From Minisyncoccia bacterium (GTDB taxonomy: Bacteria; Patescibacteriota; Minisyncoccia; Phycocordibacterales; UBA9973): 64,000 bases of DNA. How positions within the stretch are numbered: the stretch's first letter is position 1; the number at the start of each line of letters is the position of its first letter. The notes beneath the pieces are model-generated. The model saw nothing but the letters and a program-made list of their open reading frames with translations. It did not search any database and was not told the DNA's origin. The DNA is taken from positions 67,009 through 131,008 of the forward strand of contig JBBRTD010000001.1 of assembly GCA_038244685.1 (NCBI GenBank), read 5' to 3'. This document shows positions 19,706 through 29,839 of this stretch, in pieces. Both the position numbers and the translations under genes were made by a program.

Positions 19706-20092
19706 ATGAAAAAGAACGTTGTTTTAGTTGTTTATTCATGTAACATTTCAGAAAGAGTTTTGATTTCTGAGATTGAAAAAAAGGTAAAAGATGCGGTATG
19801 GAAACAGGACCGAGAAATCTGCTTGGAGTTCTATAATTCCAAAAAGGAGTTTGATCCATTTCAGGAAAAGCTGAACAAACTCTTGAAAAAAAGGACTCCC
19901 TCAAGTACTTTGTTTTATGATTGTTGCGAGGAAACAATTACGAAAACAATTAAAATCATCGAAGAGAGAGTCGCAGAAGAGGTAAAATTCTTTTTCCAAA
20001 ACTTCCACATTGAATGGGTAAAAATCCCAAAAGCAAGAAAGGTTGAATCGGTCAAAGAAATGACGTCAATCATTACGTCAAAAGCCAACTAA
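19706..20092 (+). CDS. Small Cys-containing hypothetical protein, paralogue B
   Basis: Homologous to 19224..19571. Own promoter-like TTGACT-N16-TAAAAT upstream and a terminator at 20100-20130. Confidence 0.55.
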   Translation: MKKNVVLVVYSCNISERVLISEIEKKVKDAVWKQDREICLEFYNSKKEFDPFQEKLNKLLKKRTPSSTLFYDCCEETITKTIKIIEERVAEEVKFFFQNFHIEWVKIPKARKVESVKEMTSIITSKAN

Positions 20093-20142
20093 CAAAAAAA
20101 AGAGACAACCCCACAAAGGTTGCCTCTTTTATTTTTATCTAA

Positions 20143-21255
20143 TTAAATTTTCTTTGTACCGATAGCTTCACTTATATTTTTATATCCATCTTTCTTGAGC
20201 AACAGTGATAACTCTTTATTTATCTTACCAATAACATTTGGCCCTTCATATATCATTCCTGTAACCATCTGAACAAGAGTTGCTCCACGTCTGATTTTCT
20301 CATAAGCATCCTCCCCTGTAAAAATCCCTCCGCAGCCAATTATAATAAATCTATCCTTATATTTTTTATAAACTTCACTGATTAAATTATTTGAAAGTTT
20401 TTCAGTTGGCTTTCCACTGAAATTACCCCTGCCAGCAATTTTTATCTCTTCCTTATCAAAAGCAGGATTTGTCCTGTCTTTAACTAAGTTTGCAAATATA
20501 AAACCTTTTACCCATTTGTAATCATAAGCTACAGCACACAAAGCAAGTGTTTCTTCTGTTGTCTTTTCTGAATACATTTTAATAAATAAAGGTTTATTTA
20601 TATTTAAGTAAGACAATTTATTAAGCAACATCCCAAGCCCTAATGGCAGATCTAACTTATCTTTCAAATTTTCAACATTAATAAGATTTGGACATGAAAT
20701 ATTTAATTCAAAATAATCAAAATTATCTTGCTTTAAAACTTTTCCAAACGATATACATATATCTTCAATCATACTCTCAGTATTTTTATATGGCATATTA
20801 GTTGACCCTATACTTATTCCAAGAGGTATTCCACCTTTTTTCCCTGAAATTTTATTTAAAACATATTCAATGCCATTACTCTTAAAACCCTTATTTACAA
20901 GTAAGGATTTTGATTTAGGTAGCCTGCCCAACATTGGTCGAGGATTCCCTTCATATGGTAAATTTGTAACAGTTCCAAGGCTATGAAAACCAAATCCGAT
21001 TGTAGGCAAAACTTCTATTAAATCTGCATCGTAGTCAAAGCCAGCTGCAAGACCTACTGGATTCTTAAAATCTATATCTAATACTTTTTGGTTTAAGGTT
21101 AAATCTTCGTAATTGAATATCGATCGTAAAATATTTTTAGTAAAATCATGACGCCCCAAATAATCCCCTGATTTCAGGAAAAAATGATGAACATCATCAG
21201 CTGGAAATTTGAACAATATCGGCTTAACAATTTTTCGATAAATAAATCCAATCAT
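20143..21255 (-). CDS. pyrD: Dihydroorotate dehydrogenase (quinone), class 2
   Basis: GLAAGFDYDADL, GFGFHSLGTVT, IIGCGGIFTGEDAYEKIRRGATLVQMVTGMIYEGP, and an N-terminal membrane-association extension. Confidence 0.8.
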   Translation of the reverse strand: MIGFIYRKIVKPILFKFPADDVHHFFLKSGDYLGRHDFTKNILRSIFNYEDLTLNQKVLDIDFKNPVGLAAGFDYDADLIEVLPTIGFGFHSLGTVTNLPYEGNPRPMLGRLPKSKSLLVNKGFKSNGIEYVLNKISGKKGGIPLGISIGSTNMPYKNTESMIEDICISFGKVLKQDNFDYFELNISCPNLINVENLKDKLDLPLGLGMLLNKLSYLNINKPLFIKMYSEKTTEETLALCAVAYDYKWVKGFIFANLVKDRTNPAFDKEEIKIAGRGNFSGKPTEKLSNNLISEVYKKYKDRFIIIGCGGIFTGEDAYEKIRRGATLVQMVTGMIYEGPNVIGKINKELSLLLKKDGYKNISEAIGTKKI

Positions 21256-21258
21256 ATT

Positions 21259-21654
21259 TTACTCTGTTGTAATGCCATCAAATTCTTCTTCATTACTTTC
21301 TGCTTCTGCTTTGGTTGTACGGATAATTCCATCTTTGTGATGAGCTGGAGAATAAATTGTGTAAAGTTTAAGACCACTATCTCCGGCTATAACGTTATGA
21401 TTTGCCCCACAAGGAACAACAACAGCATCTCCATCCTTTACGTTATACTCTGTCTCATTAATAATAACCTTGCCCTCTCCCCCTTCAAAGCGGAAAAATT
21501 GGTCATTATCTTTATGTACCTCCATACCAATATCTTCTCCGGCAAGTAAACTCATAAGTACAAGCTGGCAATGCTCACCTGTATATAAAACCTTACGAAA
21601 ATTTCCGTTTGATAATGTTAATTCTTCAATATTTTGTTTAAATCCTTTTTTCAT
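21259..21654 (-). CDS. Cupin-domain protein
   Basis: Size and the two-motif pattern G..HCQLVLMSL...GMEVH... and VVVPCGANHNVIAG are cupin-like. Confidence 0.45.
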   Translation of the reverse strand: MKKGFKQNIEELTLSNGNFRKVLYTGEHCQLVLMSLLAGEDIGMEVHKDNDQFFRFEGGEGKVIINETEYNVKDGDAVVVPCGANHNVIAGDSGLKLYTIYSPAHHKDGIIRTTKAEAESNEEEFDGITTE

Positions 21655-21698
21655 ATTTTTATAGTTAATTACTAATAATATAATCTCATTATAACATC

Positions 21699-22313
21699 TT
21701 ATTTAAAAATCATTGAACCAGAATCGAAATCAAAATTAAGGACTAATTCTTCATCACCGTTAAACATAAAGCCTTTTACTTGATTTAAATATGTTGTAAA
21801 TTTAACTTCCTCTGATCCTTCACAAAACATCATAGTTTGACCAATTGAAGTTAAAGTCATAACACTCCCCTTAGTCGTATATTTTCCAAAAATACCATTA
21901 CAATCTGTTGTTCCACTGAAAGTCCCATCTTTCTTAAAAGTTAAACTAAAAGCAATGGCCTTCTTGGGGGTGAAAACTGAGTCATCGTAATTAATGGCAC
22001 TAACCCACTGCCACTTTTTATCAATAATTTTACTAACAGGAATTTCATAGGTAAATTTACTTTTTAAAGCTTCGGCATCTTTAGCGGGAACAGTAACTTT
22101 TGTGACGGGATTAACAATAGGATTATCTACATTTTTGCCATCGACTGTATTTTCTGTTTTATTTTGTAGATAATTTGTTGGAACGGTTGAAGTTGTCGTT
22201 TTAGGTATATCAACTTCTTTAGTTTTAGAATTATTTTTATATTGCCAAAAAATAATTCCGATAAGGATAACAATTATAACTATAAATAGTGGAACAAATT
22301 TATTATTTTTCAT
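21699..22313 (-). CDS. Membrane-anchored META/HslJ-like domain protein
   Basis: N-terminal TM. C-terminal FSGTTDCNGIFGKYTTKGSVMTLTSIGQTMMFCEGSEEV...YLNQV resembles the DUF306/META signature. Confidence 0.4.
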   Translation of the reverse strand: MKNNKFVPLFIVIIVILIGIIFWQYKNNSKTKEVDIPKTTTSTVPTNYLQNKTENTVDGKNVDNPIVNPVTKVTVPAKDAEALKSKFTYEIPVSKIIDKKWQWVSAINYDDSVFTPKKAIAFSLTFKKDGTFSGTTDCNGIFGKYTTKGSVMTLTSIGQTMMFCEGSEEVKFTTYLNQVKGFMFNGDEELVLNFDFDSGSMIFK

Positions 22314-22371
22314 AAAATTAAATTATGCAAAGACACAAATTACTAATTTGGTTCTTTGCTAATACAAATAA

Positions 22372-23703
22372 CTAATTAATAATCTCTTCAATGGTACTAC
22401 CCTTCTTATAAATGATTAAATCATAAGTTGAAGTAGCCCAAGCTTTCTGTAGAGAATCTAAGATTCGCCAAGTCTCAAGAACCTCTTCGCTTGAAGAAAA
22501 CAAGCTATGGTCTCCGTTTATGGCATTAAAAAGCACTTGCTCATATGCCTCTGGTAGTGCGGTATAGTGGTCCTTAAAAGAAAAGTTTAAAGCATGACGA
22601 CTTACTTGATGTTCATAGCCTGGACGCTTAGCCCAAACAGAAAAAGATATCCCTTCATCAGGCTGAAGCATCAAAAGTAATTCATTTGATTCATGATCGT
22701 GATCTTTCTTGTAATAAATTTTAATAAAAGTTTTTTTATCCTTAAGAGCTTTACCTGTTGTTAATTTAATCTTTACTCCTTTCCATCTTTCATCGCTTGA
22801 TTCCAAATCAATAGAAGCAAAAGTCTCTGTCATACTATCTTGATTATTAACTTCATCTCGATAACCCTTATACTGACCACGTTTAACATAAGTCGAAAGT
22901 GAAGAAGTAATCGGAATACTAATTTGCTTTAATGCTTCATATCGCAAATGAGGAACTTCATCGATATGTCCATCTTTGGGTATATCCATTAGAGTTAAAG
23001 CAAGCAATTGCAGAAGATGACTTTGGATAAGATCTCGCAAGGCCCCCGTCTGTTCATAAAAATTAGCCCTTCCTTCTATACCTATTTCTTCACTAACAGT
23101 TACTTCTATTTTATCTATAAAATCTTTATTCCACGTCTTTTTAAAAAGTGAATTTCCATCTCGAAAAACGATAATATTCTGAGCAGTCTCTTTTGCAAGA
23201 TAATGATCTATTCGATAAACCTGTTCTGGTTTAAAATATTGATCTATATGGGCTACTAGTTCTTTAGCACTATTTAAATCAATACCAAATGGTTTTTCAA
23301 GTAGAAGCTTTGTCTTTTCATTCCCTGCTAAGCCCACTTGTCCAATTAATTTTATAATTGATTTTGAGATATTTGGTGGAACCGAAAGATAAAAAAGATA
23401 CTGAGCTGAAGTTCCAAATTCTTTTTCAATTTCTTCTAAGTGATTAACTAATCTTTTGTAATCATCAACATCATCCAAATCCATCTCAAACAATTCTGTA
23501 TTTTTAATTAAATAATCTTTATTTTTTGTATGTTGCAATAGACTATCAAGCTTTATCCCGGACTGCCTTGTAACTCCAATAATTCTAAATTTTTCTGGGG
23601 TCATTCCAGTCATAGCAATCTGCCCAATAGCAGGCAAAAGTTTTCTTTTTGATAAGTCTCCAGAAACACCAATAATAATAAGAATCGTCGGTTTATTGTT
23701 CAT
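22372..23703 (-). CDS. zwf: Glucose-6-phosphate 1-dehydrogenase
   Basis: IIIGVSGDLSKRKLLPA, RIDHYLAKE and LRDLIQSHLLQLL. Confidence 0.85.
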   Translation of the reverse strand: MNNKPTILIIIGVSGDLSKRKLLPAIGQIAMTGMTPEKFRIIGVTRQSGIKLDSLLQHTKNKDYLIKNTELFEMDLDDVDDYKRLVNHLEEIEKEFGTSAQYLFYLSVPPNISKSIIKLIGQVGLAGNEKTKLLLEKPFGIDLNSAKELVAHIDQYFKPEQVYRIDHYLAKETAQNIIVFRDGNSLFKKTWNKDFIDKIEVTVSEEIGIEGRANFYEQTGALRDLIQSHLLQLLALTLMDIPKDGHIDEVPHLRYEALKQISIPITSSLSTYVKRGQYKGYRDEVNNQDSMTETFASIDLESSDERWKGVKIKLTTGKALKDKKTFIKIYYKKDHDHESNELLLMLQPDEGISFSVWAKRPGYEHQVSRHALNFSFKDHYTALPEAYEQVLFNAINGDHSLFSSSEEVLETWRILDSLQKAWATSTYDLIIYKKGSTIEEIIN

Positions 23704-24363
23704 TTATTTAAAATCAGTAAAAATTGTTAATAATGGGACCTTTTTCAAAATTTGAGCGGGTTCATCTTCAACCGGTAAATCTTTTTTCATATCATTTATT
23801 ATTGGCCATTTAAGTTCACCCATTGCATAGATAATTGCTTCGTCTAATTGCAAAATAGTTTTAGGCGTAATTGTAATCCGGTCATATAATTCTGTTTCAT
23901 AAGCACAAGCAAGCTCATTTATCTTAATTGCTTCACTATGAGGCAAGATGCCTGCCGTATGACCATCAATGCCAATACCAAATATTCCAATTTTATAATC
24001 CGCTTTATTAAGTTCTTGTTTGAGCATCTTTCTTACTTCTTTTACGGTAGTTGAAAAATCTGCTCCCGTAATAAAAGGAATAAGTTTGGCTTCTTTAATC
24101 GTAAAATCACCTTCTTTTAATTTAAACCAATTTGAATCCAAATGATCAACCAAACCATATCTTTCGTCTACTAGGGTTACAACTAAATTCCCAGATAATT
24201 TTTCTTTTATCCTTTTAGATATTTCTACTTCAAGAGGAATGGCTGAACCACCGGATATAAAGAATAGAACATTGCGACCCTTTTGCAATTCTCTATTAAT
24301 AGAGAAAGACACGAAGTCAGCGATTTCAAAGATATTTTTTGTTGTCTTTATATTAAGATCCAT
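23704..24363 (-). CDS. pgl: 6-phosphogluconolactonase
   Basis: LFFISGGSAIPL, LVDERY and the adjacent zwf. Confidence 0.7.
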   Translation of the reverse strand: MDLNIKTTKNIFEIADFVSFSINRELQKGRNVLFFISGGSAIPLEVEISKRIKEKLSGNLVVTLVDERYGLVDHLDSNWFKLKEGDFTIKEAKLIPFITGADFSTTVKEVRKMLKQELNKADYKIGIFGIGIDGHTAGILPHSEAIKINELACAYETELYDRITITPKTILQLDEAIIYAMGELKWPIINDMKKDLPVEDEPAQILKKVPLLTIFTDFK

Positions 24364-24389
24364 AAAATATCGTATTTAAAATTAAAAAA

Positions 24390-25025
24390 TTAATTAATTT
24401 CTATGAATACTTCTTCCTTGGGAAATCGAATTTTTTTAGACAAAGCAGAACTATCGTCTTCTGACCTATAGCCCATGGCAACAATGACCTTAGATTCTAA
24501 ACCTAAAGCTGATAAACCTAGTATTTCATCAATTTTAGATCTATCAAATCCTTCCATTGGACAAGCATCAACACCCAAAACAGCACAACTAGTTAGTAAA
24601 TTACCGACGGCTAAATATAATTGGCAAGATGCCCAGCTCTTTAAGTCTTCATTTGATCTACCCGAAAAACTACCCTTTATCATATCTCCAAAACCTTGCA
24701 ACTTTTCTATATCAATATTTTTTTCTTTTGAAACAAATTGCAAATATTCATCCACAAGATTAGTGTCAATATTCTTTTTATTAGCAAAAACTATTATTTC
24801 CGAGGCGTCAGTTATTTGCGACTGGTCATAAGCACCAGCGCGAATCTTTGTTCGAACGTCATTATTATTAACAAGTATAAACTTCCAAGGCTGTAACCCA
24901 TAAGAAGACGGAGACAAGCGCAAAGCTTCTAGAATTGTCTCTAATTCATCTTTGCTAATTTTTTTATTTGAATCAAATTTTTTTGTAGCATATCTCCAGT
25001 TTAAGGCTTCTATTATGTTTTTCAT
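24390..25025 (-). CDS. NAD(P)H nitroreductase family protein
   Basis: MKNIIEALNWRYATKKFD...SPSSYGLQPWKFILV. Confidence 0.7.
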   Translation of the reverse strand: MKNIIEALNWRYATKKFDSNKKISKDELETILEALRLSPSSYGLQPWKFILVNNNDVRTKIRAGAYDQSQITDASEIIVFANKKNIDTNLVDEYLQFVSKEKNIDIEKLQGFGDMIKGSFSGRSNEDLKSWASCQLYLAVGNLLTSCAVLGVDACPMEGFDRSKIDEILGLSALGLESKVIVAMGYRSEDDSSALSKKIRFPKEEVFIEIN

Positions 25026-25176
25026 GTATTTCTTAAAATTTAATTGCAAATTATACACATCGCACAATCTACAAAGTAATTCTCATTAATTAGTAATGTC
25101 TTTATTATAGCACCATAGTATTAAAATTTAATGAAATTTAAAATAAGGCCGCAAAACGGCCTTATTTTAAATTTAT

Positions 25177-25590
25177 CTATTGTTTAATTGTTGTTTTTTG
25201 CTTATTTTGTATTTTATTACTGGCAGTGCTTATATGACTCTTTTTTACGGCTTTCTTTACTACCTCTGAAGTCTTTAATCCTAATTCCTTTCTAATAACG
25301 TTAGCCTCTTTAATCTTACCCTCTTTTGCAAGCTTCCAAGCTTCTGCAAATTTAGTAAAATTATCTTTAGTTATTAGAGGATCAACCTTTCCTGTTTTAC
25401 TTAAAACAAGTTGTTTCCATCCTTCATAATCATTATCCATCATAACCTTAGTCATCTGTGTATCAAAAACTTGGCTATATCCTGGACTTTTCTTTGAAAA
25501 ATCTTGTGCTGCAAAAGCGGTGCCTGATAAACCTAATCCTAATGTTAAAGCTAAAAGACCACTCATTATCAACGTATTTCTATTTTTCAT
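25177..25590 (-). CDS. Small secreted hypothetical protein
   Basis: Signal peptide MKNRNTLIMSGLLALTLGLGLSGTAFA. Confidence 0.5.
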   Translation of the reverse strand: MKNRNTLIMSGLLALTLGLGLSGTAFAAQDFSKKSPGYSQVFDTQMTKVMMDNDYEGWKQLVLSKTGKVDPLITKDNFTKFAEAWKLAKEGKIKEANVIRKELGLKTSEVVKKAVKKSHISTASNKIQNKQKTTIKQ

Positions 25591-25764
25591 ATTTAGTTTA
25601 ATATTTATCTTGTTTTACACGACAAAATAATTTTAGATTTAATTTTGTAATATGCTATAAGCAATCGTCATCACTTACACTTATAGTACGCAAGGGTTTA
25701 CAATTTTATCTCATTAAATAACAGTAAATAACATTTTTTGTCTTTTTGTCTAGAGAAGTGAGCC

Positions 25765-26448
25765 TTACATCCATGGACGTATTTCTTCGGCATTAAAAAT
25801 ATCAATATCTACCTTGTCCCCAATCATATTTATCCTCTCTCCAACTCCCATATCAAATGAACCATGAATAACTGTATTGTTCAGATTAACAGTCCAAATA
25901 AAATTATTTGGATCTAAAACTTTTATTTGATTTTCTCCAATTGAAATAATCACTCCAGATAAAAGTCCCTCTTCTGGATGAGACCAAACACCATGCCGAT
26001 TAAGAATATAGTTACTGTAGTTTGGAGCTCTCTCAAATAAAGACTGCTCAATCGAACTACCGACTCCGACTAAATAAAAGACTGTACCAAATGCAATAGA
26101 AGAAACCATATAAACTCCCATAATCACAATAAATTGGCGTCTGTGACCTAAAAGAGTTTTTCTGTAATAATATTCCCCTAATATGGTAAAGATAATTAAT
26201 GAAACAAACCAAAAATATGGTAGAGTTTTCAGAATAAAATTAAAACCGAATCGATTATATAAATCCCAATCATTATTAAACAAAGCAGATAAGATAAGAG
26301 AAAAGGTAAAAGCTCCAACAATCAGAGAAGAAATAACAACTACCCAAAATAATACACGTTTAACGCTAAAAACCTTTCTAGAAATTGGCTTAATTCCTTC
26401 CCCTTTTATTCTTTCAAATGCTATTTGGCTTATATTTTTATTTTCCAT
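25765..26448 (-). CDS. Membrane protein, putative anti-sigma factor for ECF sigma #2
   Basis: Encoded immediately downstream of the sigma factor. Cytoplasmic N-terminus, 4 TM segments, extracytoplasmic C-terminus. Confidence 0.4.
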   Translation of the reverse strand: MENKNISQIAFERIKGEGIKPISRKVFSVKRVLFWVVVISSLIVGAFTFSLILSALFNNDWDLYNRFGFNFILKTLPYFWFVSLIIFTILGEYYYRKTLLGHRRQFIVIMGVYMVSSIAFGTVFYLVGVGSSIEQSLFERAPNYSNYILNRHGVWSHPEEGLLSGVIISIGENQIKVLDPNNFIWTVNLNNTVIHGSFDMGVGERINMIGDKVDIDIFNAEEIRPWM

Positions 26449-26476
26449 ATATTTTTAGTTAGTAATACTATTTTAG

Positions 26477-27064
26477 TTAAATCAGATTATGTTTATTAAT
26501 TATTAATTTTTCATATTCTTCTTTAAAAAGTTTTTTTCCTCTTAAAATAAGATTACCGACCGTACTTACAGGCTTCTTTAAAATATCGGCAATCTCAACA
26601 TATTCCTTTTCATCCAAAAATCGCAGAACTAATACCTCGCGATACTTTTCATCAAGCTTTGAAAGGGCTTCATCAATCAAAACTCTATCAAATGAACTAT
26701 CAAGATCTTTTGTCATATCAAAAGCGTCTCCAAATTTTTCCAAGTTTTCAACCTCAAGGGGGACGGTTGGTCTTGATACTTTCTTTCGAATTGCACTTAC
26801 CGCTTCATTGTGAGCTATTCGATATATCCAAGAAGAAAACTGAAGTTCGGGATCAAAACCATTTAAATTGTAATAAGTCTTTATAAAAACTTCTTGCAAA
26901 ACATCTTCAGCATCTTCTCGACTAAATTTCGAAATTCTTATTATGTATCTCAAAAGTTTTTCTTCGTATCTTTTAGACAAACATAAAAATTGGTCGGGGT
27001 CTAACAAGGACAATCCGACTAACTCTATATCCGTTTTATTTTCACAAGAATGATGGTCTATCAT
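26477..27064 (-). CDS. ECF-family RNA polymerase sigma factor (#2)
   Basis: QEVFIKTYYNLNGFDPELQFSSWIYRIAHNEAVSAIRKK and YREVLVLRFLDEKEYVEIADILKKPVSTVGNLILRGKK. Confidence 0.85.
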   Translation of the reverse strand: MIDHHSCENKTDIELVGLSLLDPDQFLCLSKRYEEKLLRYIIRISKFSREDAEDVLQEVFIKTYYNLNGFDPELQFSSWIYRIAHNEAVSAIRKKVSRPTVPLEVENLEKFGDAFDMTKDLDSSFDRVLIDEALSKLDEKYREVLVLRFLDEKEYVEIADILKKPVSTVGNLILRGKKLFKEEYEKLIINKHNLI

Positions 27065-27144
27065 ATTCTTTTATTATACCCTTAATACGCGAAAGGAAGG
27101 AAATTTATCTCAAAAGTATATCAACCTTCACTATATTGACTTAT

Positions 27145-27178
27145 ATTACTAAATAATGTATAATATAAGAATATAGGT
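27145..27178 (+). promoter_or_regulatory. Sigma-70-type promoter (TTGACT-N17-TATAAT)
   Basis: Canonical -35/-10 hexamers with 17-nt spacing, read directly. Upstream of the 44-aa ORF and 27416..27847. Confidence 0.5.
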
Positions 27179-27257
27179 AAGGATTCATGCTTTTTAAAGT
27201 AAAGAAAATAGAGTATAATAATAAAGTCGCTTTATAAATTAGAAATTTATTTTACAT

Positions 27258-27392
27258 ATGGATGAAAAAACAATGTTAGTTATTGCAGATAAAATTAAAA
27301 ATAAAACTGCAACAAAAGAAGAGATCACTGCTTTCTTAGAAGAATATAATAAAACTCTTAAAGAAATCAAGGAAGATTTAGAGGCAAAATAA
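27258..27392 (+). CDS. Small protein (44 aa) MDEKTMLVIADKIKNKTATKEEITAFLEEYNKTLKEIKEDLEAK
   Basis: Not in the ORF track (too short). ATG to TAA found by hand. Charged helical composition. Co-oriented with the next gene. Confidence 0.3.
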   Translation: MDEKTMLVIADKIKNKTATKEEITAFLEEYNKTLKEIKEDLEAK

Positions 27393-27415
27393 TTATTAAT
27401 TAATATAAAAATACT

Positions 27416-27847
27416 ATGAATTTTAATAACCCATTTAGTAAAGCACCAGCAGCAAAGGTTGGTCCAGAGAATACAGAAGTAAATAATGTTAATGAATTAA
27501 GTCCTGATATGATAGCAAAGATAGAATCATCAAAAGTTTTAATAGATGAAGTTGGAGCTAGTGCTGAAGCGATAGCAAATGATCCTTCTAAGAATTCCGA
27601 GAAAGATAATAGAATCAGACTTAATTGGAGTAAAGTTAAGAATTGGTCACTAGTAGCTCTAGGCGCTATTGCTGCCGGTGCTGCTTTTGCAACAATAAAA
27701 GATCAAGGAGCCCTAACTAATGCTATGGAGCTTGCAACACACCTACCAGCTGGATTTTTAGCACTCGGAGCAATGTTTAAAGGAATTGCTGAAATCATTT
27801 TACAAAGTGACAGAGAAAGCAAAAACCCAGAAGTATCATTAGGTTAA
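27416..27847 (+). CDS. Hypothetical protein with C-terminal Gly/Ala-rich amphipathic/TM segment
   Basis: 143-aa ORF ending at a strong terminator. Confidence 0.5.
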   Translation: MNFNNPFSKAPAAKVGPENTEVNNVNELSPDMIAKIESSKVLIDEVGASAEAIANDPSKNSEKDNRIRLNWSKVKNWSLVALGAIAAGAAFATIKDQGALTNAMELATHLPAGFLALGAMFKGIAEIILQSDRESKNPEVSLG

Positions 27848-27856
27848 AATATAATC

Positions 27857-27911
27857 ATATTTAAACACAATAAAAACCGGCATTGCCGGTTTTTATTGTG
27901 TTTAAATATTT
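27857..27911. terminator. 55-nt perfect palindrome, bidirectional terminator
   Basis: AATATTTAAACACAATAAAAACCGGCA-T-TGCCGGTTTTTATTGTGTTTAAATATT. Confidence 0.7.
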
Positions 27912-27922
27912 ATAATTAAATA

Positions 27923-28747
27923 TTACTTAATACTCTCCTCTTTTACTTCTTGCTCTTCTTTCGTTTTTTCTTCTGCTTTTATTTCAACTTTAATTTCGGC
28001 TTTCGGTATTTCGGGAATATCTACCATAATAGGACTTATCGGTGTATTTTTAAACTTCACAAGTTCACGATACATCATAACAAGAACAATCATACCAATT
28101 GGATATGTAATAATAGCTCCGACAAAGAAAGCCATAAATCCAAGAATGATGAACAGACCAATCAAAATACTTTTACCTAAAATTATCCAAGCATTCCCTC
28201 TCGTCATTCCCCAAGCTTCACTGATATTTTTTCTTGACCCTTGGCTCTTTTCTACAGATAAATAAACAGCTGGAAATAGACGACCCATCAGATAAAGAGC
28301 TGGAACAATCAATAGTACAGTAGCAACTGCTGCTATGATAATAACAATGGAACTAATGGCTGACACAAAGTATGAACTTATTACTGTGAATAAAATTATT
28401 AGTCCAATAATTGCAAACAGAGGAACAACACATAATGAAATTAAAATATTTGTTTTCAAGAAATCCCAGAACTGCGAGAAGCTAGGTAATGATTCACCAG
28501 AGAAAGGTCTAAATCCTTTTCCGTCTAATAAATTCATTATTGATTTAATCCAAACATATGAAACCAAAATACTAGCTACTAGTAATAATAATGTTACAGG
28601 AAAATAACCATCTTGTTTTGAAATATTTTGACTGATAGCTTGCAAAACTCCTGATACTAAAATAATCAGAATCATGGCACCAAAATGCTCTTTGTATAAA
28701 ACCCAAGCTTCTTTTATTTTTGCACCAACTTTAAATGTAAATGGCAT
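27923..28747 (-). CDS. Polytopic membrane protein (DUF975-like) with charged KE-repeat C-terminus
   Basis: 5-6 TM segments and a C-terminal EIKVEIKAEEKTKEEQEVKEESIK tail. Confidence 0.45.
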   Translation of the reverse strand: MPFTFKVGAKIKEAWVLYKEHFGAMILIILVSGVLQAISQNISKQDGYFPVTLLLLVASILVSYVWIKSIMNLLDGKGFRPFSGESLPSFSQFWDFLKTNILISLCVVPLFAIIGLIILFTVISSYFVSAISSIVIIIAAVATVLLIVPALYLMGRLFPAVYLSVEKSQGSRKNISEAWGMTRGNAWIILGKSILIGLFIILGFMAFFVGAIITYPIGMIVLVMMYRELVKFKNTPISPIMVDIPEIPKAEIKVEIKAEEKTKEEQEVKEESIK

Positions 28748-28811
28748 AAAATGAATGAATAAATATTAATGACTATATTATATCATAATATATATGTTAT
28801 AATCTATTACT

Positions 28812-29819
28812 ATGTCACACAAGACGGAAGGTAACAGATCAGTAATTGCAGCCCTTTTTGGCAACACTTTTGTAACCATAATAAAGACAATCGTAGCTAT
28901 TTCTTCAGGTTCAGCTAGTATGTTTGCTGAGAGTGTCCACAGTTTCGCTGACACCTTAAACCAATCTCTCCTTCTAATTGGCCTTAAACGATCGAGAAGA
29001 CCAGCTGATGATTCTCGAGGGTATGGATATGGAATTGAAAGATTTTTCTGGTCACTTATTTCGGCCTGTGGTATTTTATTTATTGGTGCCGGCGTAACTG
29101 TCTACCATTCAATTGATTCGCTTCTGAAGCATGACATAAATGCTATTCACGATTATAATTATTTCACTATCTTAGTTTTATGTATTGCTTTCTTTGTCGA
29201 AGGCATCACACTTATTATTGCCATAAGAGAATTAAAAGGTAAAAATAAACTTTCAAAGAAAATTTTTACTGAAGCAGACCCAGTAACCTTAGCTGTCGTC
29301 TATGAAGATAGCGCTGCTGTTGTTGGTGTTTTAGTTGCACTGACAGCCCAAGTTTTAATGCATTTTACGGGTAATAATATTTACGATGGAATTGGAGGAA
29401 TAATTGTTGGTTTAATTCTTGGATTTTTAGCAATAATTCTAATTATAAAAAATCATCATTATATAATTGGTAAATCACTAGACGATGATACAACAGAAGA
29501 AATAACAGAGCTATTATTAGAAGACCCATGTATAGAAAATATATCAGAATTTAAATCTGTAGCTGTTGATATAAATAAATATAGAATATACACAACTGTC
29601 GAATGGAACGGTTCTCCTCTTTATGAAGAGATATATGAAGCGGGAGATTTAAAAGAAGAGTTTGATAATATTAAAGATGATTTTCAAGAATTTACAAAAC
29701 TTATGTTTAAGACAACAGACAGAATCCCCCGTCTTGTTGGAAGTCGCATTGACGAAATAGAAAAAAGAATAAAAGAAAAATTTCCTCAGATAGCGTACGT
29801 TGATATCGAAATTAATTAA
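28812..29819 (+). CDS. Cation diffusion facilitator (CDF) family transporter
   Basis: ALFGNTFVTIIKTIVAISSGSASMFAESVHSFADTLNQ (HSxxD metal site), RPADDSRGYGYGIERF and a C-terminal cytoplasmic domain. Confidence 0.75.
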   Translation: MSHKTEGNRSVIAALFGNTFVTIIKTIVAISSGSASMFAESVHSFADTLNQSLLLIGLKRSRRPADDSRGYGYGIERFFWSLISACGILFIGAGVTVYHSIDSLLKHDINAIHDYNYFTILVLCIAFFVEGITLIIAIRELKGKNKLSKKIFTEADPVTLAVVYEDSAAVVGVLVALTAQVLMHFTGNNIYDGIGGIIVGLILGFLAIILIIKNHHYIIGKSLDDDTTEEITELLLEDPCIENISEFKSVAVDINKYRIYTTVEWNGSPLYEEIYEAGDLKEEFDNIKDDFQEFTKLMFKTTDRIPRLVGSRIDEIEKRIKEKFPQIAYVDIEIN

Positions 29820-29839
29820 AATAAATAAATTACGATAAT

